Below are positions 10,078 through 19,675 of a stretch of 34,558 bases of DNA, piece by piece. The translations under genes and the position numbers were made by a program. The notes under the pieces were generated by a model, which worked only from the letters and a program-made list of their open reading frames with translations, made no database searches and was not told the DNA's origin. This DNA comes from Candidatus Dadabacteria bacterium (lineage in GTDB: Bacteria > Desulfobacterota_D > UBA1144 > Nemesobacterales > UBA2774): NCBI GenBank assembly GCA_020027805.1, contig JAHKKQ010000010.1:1-34558 (forward strand), written 5' to 3'. The first letter of the stretch is position 1; each line of letters starts with the position of its first letter.

Positions 10078-10571
10078 GTCATCGAGAGACCGTCTTCTGG
10101 TCGTGGCGATCTTGCTTTTCGTTGTCATTCCCGCGGAAGCGGGAATCCATATCTTTAAATCAAAATAAGAAAAGACTGGATTCCCGATTAAAGATTTCGG
10201 GAATGACAGAAAAGAAAAGGGTGAGATTGCCGCGCGCTTCACGCCCTCCGGAACAGAAAAGACAAAAATGTTTTTCTTCTTTTCCTTTATGAAAAGACAC
10301 GCATTGTGTGTTTTATGGAACGACAAAGAAAAGAGAAAGGCTGTTTTGTTATTCTTCTTTTCCTCGATGAAAAGAAGCATAATTCTGTAATGTCGTGAAA
10401 GAAAACTCCGCCCTTCGACCCTTCGACAAGCTTCCGTCTTCGCTATCCTCCTATGCTAAAGCTTCGGAGGATAAAAGGCTACGCCGGACAATCAGGGTGA
10501 ACGGGTCTGGCTTCGTTGCTGGTTTGAGCGGAAGAGATTCGGAAGAATCGTAGAGTCACACTACGTGCGTG
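10078..10571. repeat. Mosaic array of REP-like palindromes
   Basis: GTCATCG..GGCGATCT 10078-10112; inverted pair GTCATTCCCG..GGGAATCCA 10124-10149/10177-10207; CTTTTCC..GAAAAG units; CCCTTCGACAAGCT..CAGGGTGAACGG with nested insert; GGAAGAATCGT..CACAC tail. Confidence 0.85.
10433..10492 (+). mobile_element. 60-nt nested palindromic insert (copy 1)
   Basis: Removing it restores CCCTTCGACAAGCT|CAGGGTGAACGG, which is uninterrupted at 13284-13309. Confidence 0.8.
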
Positions 10572-10573
10572 TT

Positions 10574-11359
10574 TCAATAACTCGAGAGCGTGCCCCCGTC
10601 CACGACGATAACCTCCCCGGTGATGTAGTCGGACGCCCTCGACGCGAGGAGCACGGTCGCCCCCTTCAAGTCGTCCTCTCCCCCGAACCTCCCCGCCGGA
10701 ATCGACGCGAGGAGCTCCGCCCCTTTGTCCATGAATTCGGGGCTGATCACGGGCTCCGTCATGTTGGTCGGGAACCACCCGGGCGCGATCGCGTTTACGT
10801 TGATGTTGTGCTTTATCCACCTCACGGCGAGGTCTTTCGTGAGGGTGACTACGGCGCCCTTGGAGGCCACGTATGCCGGGGCGCTCACGAGGCTCGTCGT
10901 CTGGTAGCCCATGACGGAAGATATGTTGATTATCTTCCCCCGCCCGGCCTTTATCATCTCCTTTGCCGCCTCCCTCGAACAGAGGAACGTGCCGGTCAGG
11001 TTTACGCGGAGGACCTTTTCCCAGTCCTCGAGAGTGGTGTCCTCGGGGAGCCCGCCCATGGCGATGCCCGCGTTGTTGACGAGTATGTCGAGCTTCCCGA
11101 ATTTCGCGGCAGTGTCCGCGACCATCTTTATTACGTCTGCTTCAATGGACACGTCGCATTTGAGCGGGAGCGTCTTCACCCCCGTGCTCTTCGATATCTC
11201 TTCGGCCGCCTTCACGCAGCCGCCCAAGTTCCTCGCGCATACGACGACGTCCGCCCCTGCCTCGGCGAGCGCGAGCGCCATCTGCTTCCCTATCCCCGTG
11301 TACCCTCCCGTGACTACGGCCGTCCTGCCCGAGAGATCGAAAAGCTCTTTTACGTTCAT
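10574..11359 (-). CDS. SDR family oxidoreductase (gluconate 5-dehydrogenase/FabG-like)
   Basis: TGG..GIG, NNAG, YVASK, VNAIAPG, VDGG motifs; AGGAGG RBS. Confidence 0.93.
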   Translation of the reverse strand: MNVKELFDLSGRTAVVTGGYTGIGKQMALALAEAGADVVVCARNLGGCVKAAEEISKSTGVKTLPLKCDVSIEADVIKMVADTAAKFGKLDILVNNAGIAMGGLPEDTTLEDWEKVLRVNLTGTFLCSREAAKEMIKAGRGKIINISSVMGYQTTSLVSAPAYVASKGAVVTLTKDLAVRWIKHNINVNAIAPGWFPTNMTEPVISPEFMDKGAELLASIPAGRFGGEDDLKGATVLLASRASDYITGEVIVVDGGTLSSY

Positions 11360-11408
11360 GCGGTGCCTCCTGTGATGCTCGCAATGACAGGCTTATATTT
11401 TTTAAGGT

Positions 11409-11536
11409 ACCCCCTCACCCTACTATTTTGGCTAAGGCATCGACGTACCGGAATTAATTATCAATTCTGCCTTCGCTGTAAGAGCGACCAATTCCTCGTT
11501 CGCTCGGAATTGTTTCCCCTCGAAGGGGAGAGGGGA
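11409..11536 (+). repeat. CCCCTCACCCT..CCCCT..GGGGAGAGG palindrome carrying a ~92-nt insert
   Basis: Uninterrupted relative at 25522-25560; insert ~11421-11512 ends GACC-AATTCC-loop-GGAATT-G. Confidence 0.75.
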
Positions 11537-11545
11537 ATGTAGTAT

Positions 11546-11569
11546 ATCGCAACTGGAAGCCGCTCCTAC
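11546..11569 (-). repeat. GTAG-type REP
   Basis: Reverse complement GTAGGAGCGGCTTCCAGTTGCGAT; sister at 15237-15260. Confidence 0.8.
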
Positions 11570-11593
11570 AGATGGGAGATCCGGAGCCTCCTC

Positions 11594-13000
11594 CTACTTC
11601 TTCGTACCCGGCTCTGTCATCGACCAGGGGTCCAATAACTGCTTCAGCTTCTCGGCCGGGAGCACCTTCTTCTCGAGCGCGACCTGCCTCACCGTTTTTC
11701 CGGTTTCGTAGGCCTCCTTCGCTATCTTCGCGGCGCTGTCGTATCCGATTACGGGGGCGAGGCTCGTGCACATGGCGAGGCTCTTCTCTATCATCTCCTC
11801 GCACCGCTTTTTATCGGCCTTAATCCCCTTCACGCACTTGTCGGTGAATACCTGGGAGACCTTGCCCAGGAGCTCTATAGACTGGAGCAGGTTGTGTCCC
11901 TTGACGGGCATCATGACGTTAAGCTCGAAGTTCCCGAACTGTCCGCCTATCGTTATGGTGAGGTCGTTCCCGATGACCTGAGCCGCGACCTGGCACACGG
12001 CTTCGGGAATTACCGGGTTCACCTTGCCCGGCATGATCGACGAGCCCGGCTGGACCGCGGGTATTATTATCTCCCCTATGCCGCAGCGGGGGCCGCTCCC
12101 GAGCCACCTTATGTCGTTCGCAATCTTCATCAGGCTCACAGCGAGGGTCTTGAGAGAGCCGCTCGCCTCGACCACGGCGTCCTTCGAGCCCTGGGCCTCG
12201 AAATGGTTCTCGGCCTCATAGAGCCTGGTGCCCGTCATCCTGCTGAGCCTCCCGGCGACGAGCCCGGCGAATTTCGGGTGCGTGTTTATGCCGGTGCCCA
12301 CGGCAGTACCGCCGATTGCGAGCTCCGACAGCTCTTCCCTCGCGTGCTCCACCCTTTTGATCCCGTGCTTTATCATGCTCGCGTAGCCGCTGAACTCCTG
12401 TCCGAGCCTTATGGGCGTCGCGTCCTGGAGGTGCGTGCGCCCGATCTTCACTATCTTGTCGAACTCGCGCGCCTTCGCCGAGAGCGCCTTCTCGAGGTTC
12501 CTTAACGAGGGCAGGAGCAGGTCGTTTATCGCGAGTATTGCGGATACGTGTATGGCGGTCGGGTAGACGTCGTTACTCGACTGCCCCATGTTCACGTGGT
12601 CGTTCGGATGTATCCCCGACTTGTCCCCTTTCTTGCCGCCTATGATCTCGTTCGCGCGGTTGGCTATGACTTCGTTCGTGTTCATGTTCGTCGATGTGCC
12701 TGAACCCGTCTGGAATACGTCGAGCACGAAATGGTCGTCGAGCTTCCCGTCGATGACTTCCCTCGCCGCCCTTACTATAGCGGCCCCGGCCTTCTTGCCG
12801 AGAAGTCCCAACTGCATGTTGGACTCGGCCGCGGCTAATTTAATCATCCCCATGGCCTTTATCAGAAGGCTGTGCTTGCGTATTCCGCTGATGGGGAAAT
12901 TCTCTATCGCCCTCGCGGTCTGGGCTCCGTAATATGCGTTCGAGGGGACTTCCATCTCCCCCATCGAATCGTATTCAGTTCTCGTAGATTTGCTGGCCAT
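11594..13000 (-). CDS. fumC: Class II fumarate hydratase
   Basis: GSGTSTNMN, GQSSND, KIGRTHLQDA, GSSIMPGKVNP motifs. Confidence 0.96.
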   Translation of the reverse strand: MASKSTRTEYDSMGEMEVPSNAYYGAQTARAIENFPISGIRKHSLLIKAMGMIKLAAAESNMQLGLLGKKAGAAIVRAAREVIDGKLDDHFVLDVFQTGSGTSTNMNTNEVIANRANEIIGGKKGDKSGIHPNDHVNMGQSSNDVYPTAIHVSAILAINDLLLPSLRNLEKALSAKAREFDKIVKIGRTHLQDATPIRLGQEFSGYASMIKHGIKRVEHAREELSELAIGGTAVGTGINTHPKFAGLVAGRLSRMTGTRLYEAENHFEAQGSKDAVVEASGSLKTLAVSLMKIANDIRWLGSGPRCGIGEIIIPAVQPGSSIMPGKVNPVIPEAVCQVAAQVIGNDLTITIGGQFGNFELNVMMPVKGHNLLQSIELLGKVSQVFTDKCVKGIKADKKRCEEMIEKSLAMCTSLAPVIGYDSAAKIAKEAYETGKTVRQVALEKKVLPAEKLKQLLDPWSMTEPGTKK

Positions 13001-13069
13001 AAAACTCCTCCTTGGCTTCTGTGTTTAGGGAGAGATAATTATGCCATAACGGGGATATTTTTCTAATTG

Positions 13070-13376
13070 GCACACAAAGTGTGGGTTTATGAAAAGACAG
13101 AGAAAGCTAAATTTATTTCTTCTTTTCCTTGATGAAAAGAAGCAAAAATCATCCGACTACAGTATTAGCTAAAAATCTCACGTACTCGCTAAATCTTCCA
13201 ATTCTGCCCCATCCCGTGGAAGATTTTTAACGCTCGTACAATCGATTTTCTTGACGCAAATTCTGTAATGTCGGAAATAATCACCCTTCGACAAGCTCAG
13301 GGTGAACGGGTTGGTTTCGGTTGATGGTTGAGCGGTGGAGTTGGAAGGAACCGTATATGCGCCACACATTACGTGC
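13070..13376. repeat. Mosaic repeat array: CTTTTCCTTGATGAAAAG unit, ~124-nt imperfect hairpin, empty CCCTTCGACAAGCTCAGGGTGAACGG and conserved tail
   Basis: TCCGACTACAG (13152) pairs with CTGTAATGTCGGA (13263-13275); inner TCTTCCA/TGGAAGA; parts shared with 1-115 and 10275-10571. Confidence 0.8.
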
Positions 13377-13381
13377 TGCGC

Positions 13382-15091
13382 TCACACATTAAAGAACAGC
13401 CTTATCTTCACGTCCTCGTGTTTCGCCGAGGTCTCGATCCTGTCGGGATAGACCCCGGTGAGGAAATCCTTTATGCCGTGGACGAACGCGTCCTCCTCCA
13501 TGAAATGACTGTGCTTCGCTCCGACCGCGGGGAGCGCGAGCAGCGTCCCCTTGTATTCGATTATTATTTCGAGATAGACCTCGTCGTATTCGGCCTCTAT
13601 TTTTATAGGTCCGTGCGGGAGGTTAGCCTCCGTCAGGTGCTCGATTATCTGCTCCGTAGACGAAACGGCGTGCTCGATTATCTCGTCGTCGAGCCTCCAT
13701 TCCCTTTCGCGGGATTTCAGGTGCTCACGGAGGTGCTCGCACGACTGGAGCGACTTATCGTACATGAGCACGTCCTTTTTCTTAATGCCGAGTCTGAATA
13801 TGAGGACGAGGACGACCGACGAGATGAGGGCGAGAGAAAGCGTCGTATCCGTCATGAGCTTAAGCCATTCGGGGAAACTATCGAAATAACCATGGAAAAC
13901 CTTCCTGCCTATCCCGAGGAGGAGCGATACGCCTACGACGTAAGTCATTCTGGAGTCGAGGTTCCTCGTCGTCATTATCTCGATACCGCCCGAGATCATG
14001 AACGCTCCGCTCACGACGAGCGACGCGCCTACGACCGAAAGCGGCAGCATCAGGAAGAGGGCCGATATCTTCGGGAAGAATGCGAGCACGATGAGGAATA
14101 TGCCGGTCGGGAAAGCCATGTAACGGCTCGTCGAGCCCGCGGCCTGCGACAGCCCGACTATTCCCGGCGTCGCGTTCATGCCCGGAGCGCCCATGAGGCC
14201 CCCCAGCATGCAGCCTATCCCGTCCGCCAGCATGCCCTTCTTTATCGGTCCGTAATCGGGTCTCTTCCAGTCCAGATCGTTTATCTTCTCCGCCGTCGTT
14301 ACTACACCTATCGTCCTCAGTGACGCGGCTATTCCCGCCGTAAGGAATGCGGGGATGAGCGAGGCGTTGAAGCTGTAGGATATATAGCTCGGATCGGGGA
14401 GCGCGAATATCGCCGAGTTCTTGAACAATTCGATCGAGCTTGGAGGCACGATGCCCAGGAATATGGCTATCACGAAACCCGCCGCTATTCCGAAAAGCGA
14501 GCAGAGGAGCCTTAGTATCCCTTTGAACCAGATACTGAACCCCATGATGATAGAGATGGCTATGACCCCTACTAGCAGGTTCTCCGTATACTGCGGCTTG
14601 CCGAACCCTTTGACGTCGAGCAGGTTGCCGAGTGCCACGAGGCCGAGCTCGATGCCGATAACGAGCACTATGAAGCCCGAGACCGCCGGAGGGAAAACGG
14701 GTTTCAGCCGCCTGATGAATATCGATACCAGGACCTCGACCGCCCCGGCGAATATGGTCATGGCGAATACCGCCGGGAGCCCGCCCGCCTTGACTGCAAG
14801 AACCGACGGGGCCAGGTATACCGCCGAATAGACCGGGGACGCGAAATATCCGGACCCTATCGGCCCCTTCCACAGGGACTGCAGGATCGTCGCTATGCCG
14901 ATGGCTATCATCCCCATGCTTATGGCGTTCGCCGTCACTTTCTCGGGCACGTCGCCGTAGCTCGCGATGAGCACTATGTAGACGAGTGTGACCGCGATGT
15001 AGACCGTGAACTGGAACCCGAGCGGGATGAGCCTCGCGATCGGGGGCATTTCCGCGACTGAGTATATGAGGTCCTTCGGCTTAGTGGTCAG
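13382..15091 (-). CDS. NCS2/NAT (xanthine/uracil) family permease with soluble C-terminal extension; probable CTG start
   Basis: Many TM segments, FPP.V.G, G.LADG.G, FFPKI motifs; frame extends upstream of ATG 15049 to CTG 15091 (TTKPKDLIYSVAEMPP) with GAGGG 7 nt upstream. Confidence 0.85.
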   Translation of the reverse strand: MTTKPKDLIYSVAEMPPIARLIPLGFQFTVYIAVTLVYIVLIASYGDVPEKVTANAISMGMIAIGIATILQSLWKGPIGSGYFASPVYSAVYLAPSVLAVKAGGLPAVFAMTIFAGAVEVLVSIFIRRLKPVFPPAVSGFIVLVIGIELGLVALGNLLDVKGFGKPQYTENLLVGVIAISIIMGFSIWFKGILRLLCSLFGIAAGFVIAIFLGIVPPSSIELFKNSAIFALPDPSYISYSFNASLIPAFLTAGIAASLRTIGVVTTAEKINDLDWKRPDYGPIKKGMLADGIGCMLGGLMGAPGMNATPGIVGLSQAAGSTSRYMAFPTGIFLIVLAFFPKISALFLMLPLSVVGASLVVSGAFMISGGIEIMTTRNLDSRMTYVVGVSLLLGIGRKVFHGYFDSFPEWLKLMTDTTLSLALISSVVLVLIFRLGIKKKDVLMYDKSLQSCEHLREHLKSREREWRLDDEIIEHAVSSTEQIIEHLTEANLPHGPIKIEAEYDEVYLEIIIEYKGTLLALPAVGAKHSHFMEEDAFVHGIKDFLTGVYPDRIETSAKHEDVKIRLFFNV

Positions 15092-15236
15092 GTTCGGACC
15101 CTCACTCGAAAACGAGATAAACGAATCTACTTAAAGAAGAGCAGCATTTCAACAGGCGGTTGTGCCTTCGTGCGGCTCACTTTTCATCTCGACGCGGCTC
15201 TACGGGTCTTCCTGGAGATTCCCGATCCTCAAATCT

Positions 15237-15260
15237 GTAGGAGCGGCTTCCAGCCGCGAT
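15237..15260 (+). repeat. GTAG-type REP
   Basis: GTAGGAGCGGCTTCCAGCCGCGAT; stem GCGGCT/AGCCGC. Confidence 0.8.
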
Positions 15261-15350
15261 TAAACCCGATTATCGCACCAGGATGGTGCTCCTACAGGGG
15301 TAGGAGAATGACGGAGCAAATGGAGCGTGCGAGGCGGCAGGGCGAAACAT

Positions 15351-15376
15351 TAAAACTTTCTCCCTTTTCCATCGTA
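15351..15376 (+). promoter_or_regulatory. ECF (sigmaW-like) promoter of the sigma gene
   Basis: TAAAAC-N16-CGTA ~40 nt upstream of the sigma start; matches the promoter at 17322. Confidence 0.75.
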
Positions 15377-15417
15377 TAATTAATCGTATATCACATGTGA
15401 TCTGAAACGGGTATCCG

Positions 15418-16053
15418 GTGTTTGGAACAAATACGAAAAGCGGGTTGTCGGACGAAGAAGCGATGCGGAAATTTCAAAACGGCGACGAGGGGAGCTTCGA
15501 CCTCCTCTTGGGCCGGCACGGGGCCGGAGTGCTCAGGTTCGTTATCAGGATGACCGGGGCGGAGAAGGCGCAGGCCGAGGACCTGCTCCAGGAGATCTTC
15601 ATGAAGGTGATAGAGCGGAGGAAGAAGTACGACCCGGGCCAGAAGTTCTCGACCTGGCTCTACAGCATAGCGCGGAACCACTGCATAGATTATCTGCGGA
15701 CGGAGAGCTACAGGAGGCACAGCTCGCTCGACGCACCCATATCGGTTGAGGAGGAGGGCGGGGCGGTCGTAATCGACCTGGTCAGGAGCGGGGACAGGGA
15801 CCAGGAGGAGAGGGCCTTCGACCTCGAGGTGAAGGAGCTTATCGACATTGGCGTGAGAGGGTTGAAAGAGGAGTTCAGGGAAGTATTTTTATTAAGAGAG
15901 ATAGAAGGGCTTTCGTTTGAGGAGATAGCCGCGGTCACGGCGTCGCCGCTCGGCACGGTAAAGAGCCGCTTGAGATACGCGTACAAGGGGCTCCGGCAGG
16001 TGTTCGCGGAGTCCGGGTATTTCGAGGAAAGACAGAAAGCGAAAGGGGTGTGA
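15418..16053 (+). CDS. ECF RNA polymerase sigma factor
   Basis: AEDLLQEIF, FSTWLYSIARNHCIDYLR (region 2), EGLSFEEIA..GTVKSRL (region 4). Confidence 0.95.
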   Translation: MFGTNTKSGLSDEEAMRKFQNGDEGSFDLLLGRHGAGVLRFVIRMTGAEKAQAEDLLQEIFMKVIERRKKYDPGQKFSTWLYSIARNHCIDYLRTESYRRHSSLDAPISVEEEGGAVVIDLVRSGDRDQEERAFDLEVKELIDIGVRGLKEEFREVFLLREIEGLSFEEIAAVTASPLGTVKSRLRYAYKGLRQVFAESGYFEERQKAKGV

Positions 16054-16062
16054 AGGGATAAT

Positions 16063-17070
16063 ATGAACTGCGAGAGATGCAGCGAATCGTTAATAGAATA
16101 CATGCACGGCGGTCTCGACCCCGAGGAAAGGCAGGCCGTGGCCGCGCACTTGGGCGGCTGCGAGGAGTGCGCCCGCGAATTCGAGGAGTACGCCGAGATA
16201 AGGAGGGCCGTGACTGAGGAACCCGTCCTGCCCGAGCCCTCGCGCGAGGTCATGGCCCGGCTGTCGAAGGCGGCAAGGGACGACGTCGCCCGCGAGAGGC
16301 GCCCCTTCTGGAAGAGGCTCCCTCTTTCCCCCATACTGATCCCCGCTCTAACGACCGCCGTAGCGCTCATGGTCTGGTTCTATTACGGACAGGGCGGCGG
16401 GGGGTACATGGATACGATGTCCCGCGACGTAATGGCGAGGAAGATGAAGGAGCAGGACAGCAGTATGGAGACGGCAGGGCAGGCCGCGCCCGAGATGAGG
16501 CGGGAATATCCCGTTGAGGCCGAATCTTCGCCCGCGATGAGCGAGAGAGGGGCGGCTGACGAGGTTATGCCGGCGGCTCCCGCGCCGCCTCAGGCGGACT
16601 TGTATTCCCTTTCCGACAAAGCGCCAGGCGCGTCCGCCGGAACTGAAGAAGATTCGGACGTTAAGGAAGAAGCGCTCTCCGAAACGGCGGCCAAAAAATC
16701 CGCGCCCGCGCTGCCCCTCCCCCAGGCTGAATCGCTATCGGCGGGCGACACAAAGGATTACGGCGGCATCCTGAGCCTCGCGCTCAGGCAGCAGACGGAG
16801 GGGGACTGCGACGCTTCGATAAGGACGAACGAGATACTGCTCCAGTCATATCCCGAGCCCCCCGCGGACATGCAGGCGCGGTCGTACCGCTCTCTCGCCG
16901 AGTGCTACGAGAAGCAGGGGAAGCTCGACCTGGCTGTCGCGAACTACACGCAGCTCCGGCAGATTGCACCCGAAGAGAGCTCGCTCGCCGATACCCGGAT
17001 CCTCGAGATCAGGCAGAGGTCCGTGCATAAGCTCGGGAGCGTCGGCCCCACGCCCGGGCCCGCGGAATAA
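16063..17070 (+). CDS. Zinc-binding anti-sigma factor (zf-HC2) with one TM helix and C-terminal TPR-like region
   Basis: HLGGCEEC (HxxxCxxC); TM ILIPALTTAVALMVWFYY; low-complexity linker; LAECYEKQGKLDLAVANY TPR-like motif. Confidence 0.9.
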   Translation: MNCERCSESLIEYMHGGLDPEERQAVAAHLGGCEECAREFEEYAEIRRAVTEEPVLPEPSREVMARLSKAARDDVARERRPFWKRLPLSPILIPALTTAVALMVWFYYGQGGGGYMDTMSRDVMARKMKEQDSSMETAGQAAPEMRREYPVEAESSPAMSERGAADEVMPAAPAPPQADLYSLSDKAPGASAGTEEDSDVKEEALSETAAKKSAPALPLPQAESLSAGDTKDYGGILSLALRQQTEGDCDASIRTNEILLQSYPEPPADMQARSYRSLAECYEKQGKLDLAVANYTQLRQIAPEESSLADTRILEIRQRSVHKLGSVGPTPGPAE

Positions 17071-17141
17071 CGCCGGTCTCGATTTTTGTTCCTGGAGAAT
17101 CTCTGCCGTTCCGGCTTACCCCACTCGTAAGTCCCTGCGGC

Positions 17142-17221
17142 GTCATTTCGAACGCAGGTGAGAAATCTATATTCTGTTTGTTTTGCTTTAATAACGGATT
17201 TCTCCCTCCGGTCGAAATGAC
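17142..17221. repeat. Inverted pair of GTCATTTCG REP-like palindromes
   Basis: GTCATTTCGAACGCAGGTGAGAAATCT ... GATTTCTCCCTCCGGTCGAAATGAC. Confidence 0.8.
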
Positions 17222-17321
17222 GATATAAAGAATTATCCGTGTCCCGTTCTAAATTAAAAAACTTCACATCCGTGTGGGCGGCTTTCAGCCGCCACATTCT
17301 TAAATACACACATTGTGTGTG

Positions 17322-17347
17322 TGAAACTTTCCGCCCTCCCGTTCGTA
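17322..17347 (+). promoter_or_regulatory. ECF (sigmaW-like) promoter of the pspA-vWA operon
   Basis: TGAAAC-N16-CGTA, the B. subtilis sigmaW consensus, 33 nt upstream of the pspA-like ATG. Confidence 0.8.
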
Positions 17348-17380
17348 CTAATCCTTAAATCCGCAGTAAGGAGAAAAGTT

Positions 17381-18046
17381 ATGGGATTAAAGAAGCGAGT
17401 GGGACTTATCATGAGGTCCCAGTTGAACGACTGGGTGTCGAGGGCTGAGGACCCGGAGAAGATCCTGAACCAGGCCGTGGAGGAGATGGAGGAGGGTCTC
17501 GAAAGGGCGAGGGTGAAGATAGGCGCGCTCAGGTTCAGGATAGACGAGCAGGAGAAGCTCTTAAAGAGGCTCGGGGAGCAGGCGGAGTACTGGCGGGAGA
17601 GGGCGGAGGACTACGTGAAGAGAAATATGGACGAGAACGCGGTCGAGGCCGTAAGAAAAAAGAGGACGCTCGAAGAGAAAGAGAGGAAGCTCGCCCTTAC
17701 GCAGTCAGGCGACAGGGCGAAGCTCACGGACTACGAAGGGCGCTATGCGGACCTCGAGAGGAGAGTGGAGACCGCGAAGACGAAGAGGACGCTCCTTCTT
17801 AAAGAGATCATCGTCATGAAGGGAGCGCCCGCGGGGAAGGAGGATATCACCGGAGGCGCCGGATCCCGCACCAATGAACCATTCGATATTTTCAGGAAGG
17901 TCGAGGAGCGGATCACTGAAGAGACCGTGCTCTTCGCCGCTGACGGTGAAAGGGAGAGGGATGAGCGTGAGCGCGAGGCCCGGCTCGTTCAGGAAGAGGT
18001 GGAAAGCATGAAAAAGAATCTCAGCAAGGGAGGCGGTAAGAAATGA
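17381..18046 (+). CDS. PspA/IM30 family protein
   Basis: AEDPEKILNQAVEEM motif and long coiled coil; AAGGAG RBS before ATG 17381. Confidence 0.88.
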   Translation: MGLKKRVGLIMRSQLNDWVSRAEDPEKILNQAVEEMEEGLERARVKIGALRFRIDEQEKLLKRLGEQAEYWRERAEDYVKRNMDENAVEAVRKKRTLEEKERKLALTQSGDRAKLTDYEGRYADLERRVETAKTKRTLLLKEIIVMKGAPAGKEDITGGAGSRTNEPFDIFRKVEERITEETVLFAADGERERDEREREARLVQEEVESMKKNLSKGGGKK

Positions 18047-19455
18047 ACAGGCTGAACAGCAAGGTCGTAATCGGAATTTTTCTTCTCGTATTAGCCGCGC
18101 TCGCGGGAGGGAAATACATCTCGGCGTTCCCGACAATACCCAAACCGGTGGATAAAGACATGAATACGAAAACGGATTCGAATACGGATACCGTGACGTG
18201 GGACATCAAATTGAGCCACCCATACGTCGAGACGGGCTCACTCAGGGAGCTTATGCTCAATATGAAGATAAAGGGGAAGGACGCGCAATTGAAAGAGAGG
18301 ACCCCTGTAAACCTCGTGCTCGTGATAGACAGGAGCGGGTCGATGGGCGACAAGGGGAAGATCGAATACGCGAGAGAGGCGGCGAAGCAGATAATCGCGG
18401 GACTCGGCAAGGAAGACAGGCTCGCGGTGGTCGCATATTCGACCGACGTCGAGCTTCTATACCCGATACAGTTACTCACGGATAAGGACAGGGCTTCTTC
18501 AGTCGTGAGCGCGCTCTATCCTACCGACTCGACCAATCTGTCGGGAGGGCTCGTCATGGGGATTGAGCAGCTCGATTCGGTCAAGCGGGACGGGTACGTG
18601 AACCGCCTCATCCTCCTCTCTGACGGCCTCGCCAACGCGGGGATTACCGACATCGGCGAGCTCGGCAGGGTCGCGAGCCGGGCGTCCGAGAAGGGCATAC
18701 ACATAACCACCATGGGGCTCGGCGTCGATTACGACGAGAACCTCATGATGAACCTCGCCGAGCACGGTGCGGGCAATTATTACTTCATAGAGTCCCCGGC
18801 GCAGCTTGCCGGAATCTTTCGGAAGGAGTTCGGTCAGATCGCGGCCACGGTCGCAAAGGACCCTGTGATCAGGATCGGGCTCGCGCCGGGCGTATCGATA
18901 GAGGAGGTTTACGGATACACGTTCACGAAAACCCCGGACGGCGTTACCGAGATAAAGCTCGGCGACTTCTTCGGCGGTCAGGAGAGGGACATACTCGTTA
19001 AATTGAAGGTGCCGGCCGGGACTGCAGGACAGAATGACCTCGGGAAAGCCGTGCTCGATTTTAAAGACCTGCTCGATAACGAGAAGCCCGCGGGCCTGAT
19101 ATCCCCGCTCTCTTACGAAGTGACCGGCGACAGGGACAAGGTCGCCCGGAACGAGAACAAGGACGTAACGGCGAGATGGGTTTCGGTCGATGCCTCGGGC
19201 GATTACTACCAGGCGACGACGGCTTACGAAGAGGGAGACAAGGATAGCGCAATTACCAGGCTCAAGAGGGCGTACGAGAACATCACCAGCCTCAACATGA
19301 GTCCCTACAAGAGCGCCAGGACAGTAGAGCAGGAGGCCGAGCTCAGGGACGCCCTCGATGTCATGTCGTCCCCGGCCGCCCCCGCGCCGGCATCGGGTGA
19401 GGGAAAGGCATTGATAAAGGAGCAGAAGGCGAGCGCGAGGGAGGCTCAGAAGTAG
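18043..19455 (+). CDS. Membrane-anchored vWA-domain protein (YfbK-like)
   Basis: MIDAS DRSGSM...T...LSDG; N-terminal hydrophobic anchor; ATGA overlap with the pspA-like gene. Confidence 0.92.
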   Translation: MNRLNSKVVIGIFLLVLAALAGGKYISAFPTIPKPVDKDMNTKTDSNTDTVTWDIKLSHPYVETGSLRELMLNMKIKGKDAQLKERTPVNLVLVIDRSGSMGDKGKIEYAREAAKQIIAGLGKEDRLAVVAYSTDVELLYPIQLLTDKDRASSVVSALYPTDSTNLSGGLVMGIEQLDSVKRDGYVNRLILLSDGLANAGITDIGELGRVASRASEKGIHITTMGLGVDYDENLMMNLAEHGAGNYYFIESPAQLAGIFRKEFGQIAATVAKDPVIRIGLAPGVSIEEVYGYTFTKTPDGVTEIKLGDFFGGQERDILVKLKVPAGTAGQNDLGKAVLDFKDLLDNEKPAGLISPLSYEVTGDRDKVARNENKDVTARWVSVDASGDYYQATTAYEEGDKDSAITRLKRAYENITSLNMSPYKSARTVEQEAELRDALDVMSSPAAPAPASGEGKALIKEQKASAREAQK

Positions 19456-19467
19456 GTTTCCCAGATC

Positions 19468-19632
19468 GTCATTGCGAGTGAAGCGAAGCAATCTCGCTTT
19501 ATTCATGAGATTGCCGCAGTCGCAAAATACTTAAGTTCTCTCGGGTTAATTCCCGGAGCAAATGGACATCTACGCATTGTAAGCACCAGTGACCGGTTCT
19601 TACGCTTGCTCGGAACCGTTCCTCGCAATGAC
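19468..19632. repeat. Inverted GTCATTGCGAG REP pair; right copy carries a 97-nt insert (19524-19620)
   Basis: GTCATTGCGAGTGAAGCGAAGCAATCTC then GAGATTGCCGCAGTCGC-[insert]-CCTCGCAATGAC. Confidence 0.85.
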
Positions 19633-19675
19633 AACTAGTTTTGGTAAAGAGACAAATATCAGTAAGGAGATTCAA

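Noticed and set aside
10069-10380. ORFs starting MLLFI(K/E)EKK (also 70-264) and ORFs 23744-24043, 23747-24139, 27201-27413
   Set aside because: Their shared peptides come from translating non-coding repeats.
11421-11512. Loop inserts as integron attC sites or group II intron ends
   Set aside because: No RYYYAAC/GTTRRRY pairing across the element, no cassette ORFs or integrase, and no domain V motif.
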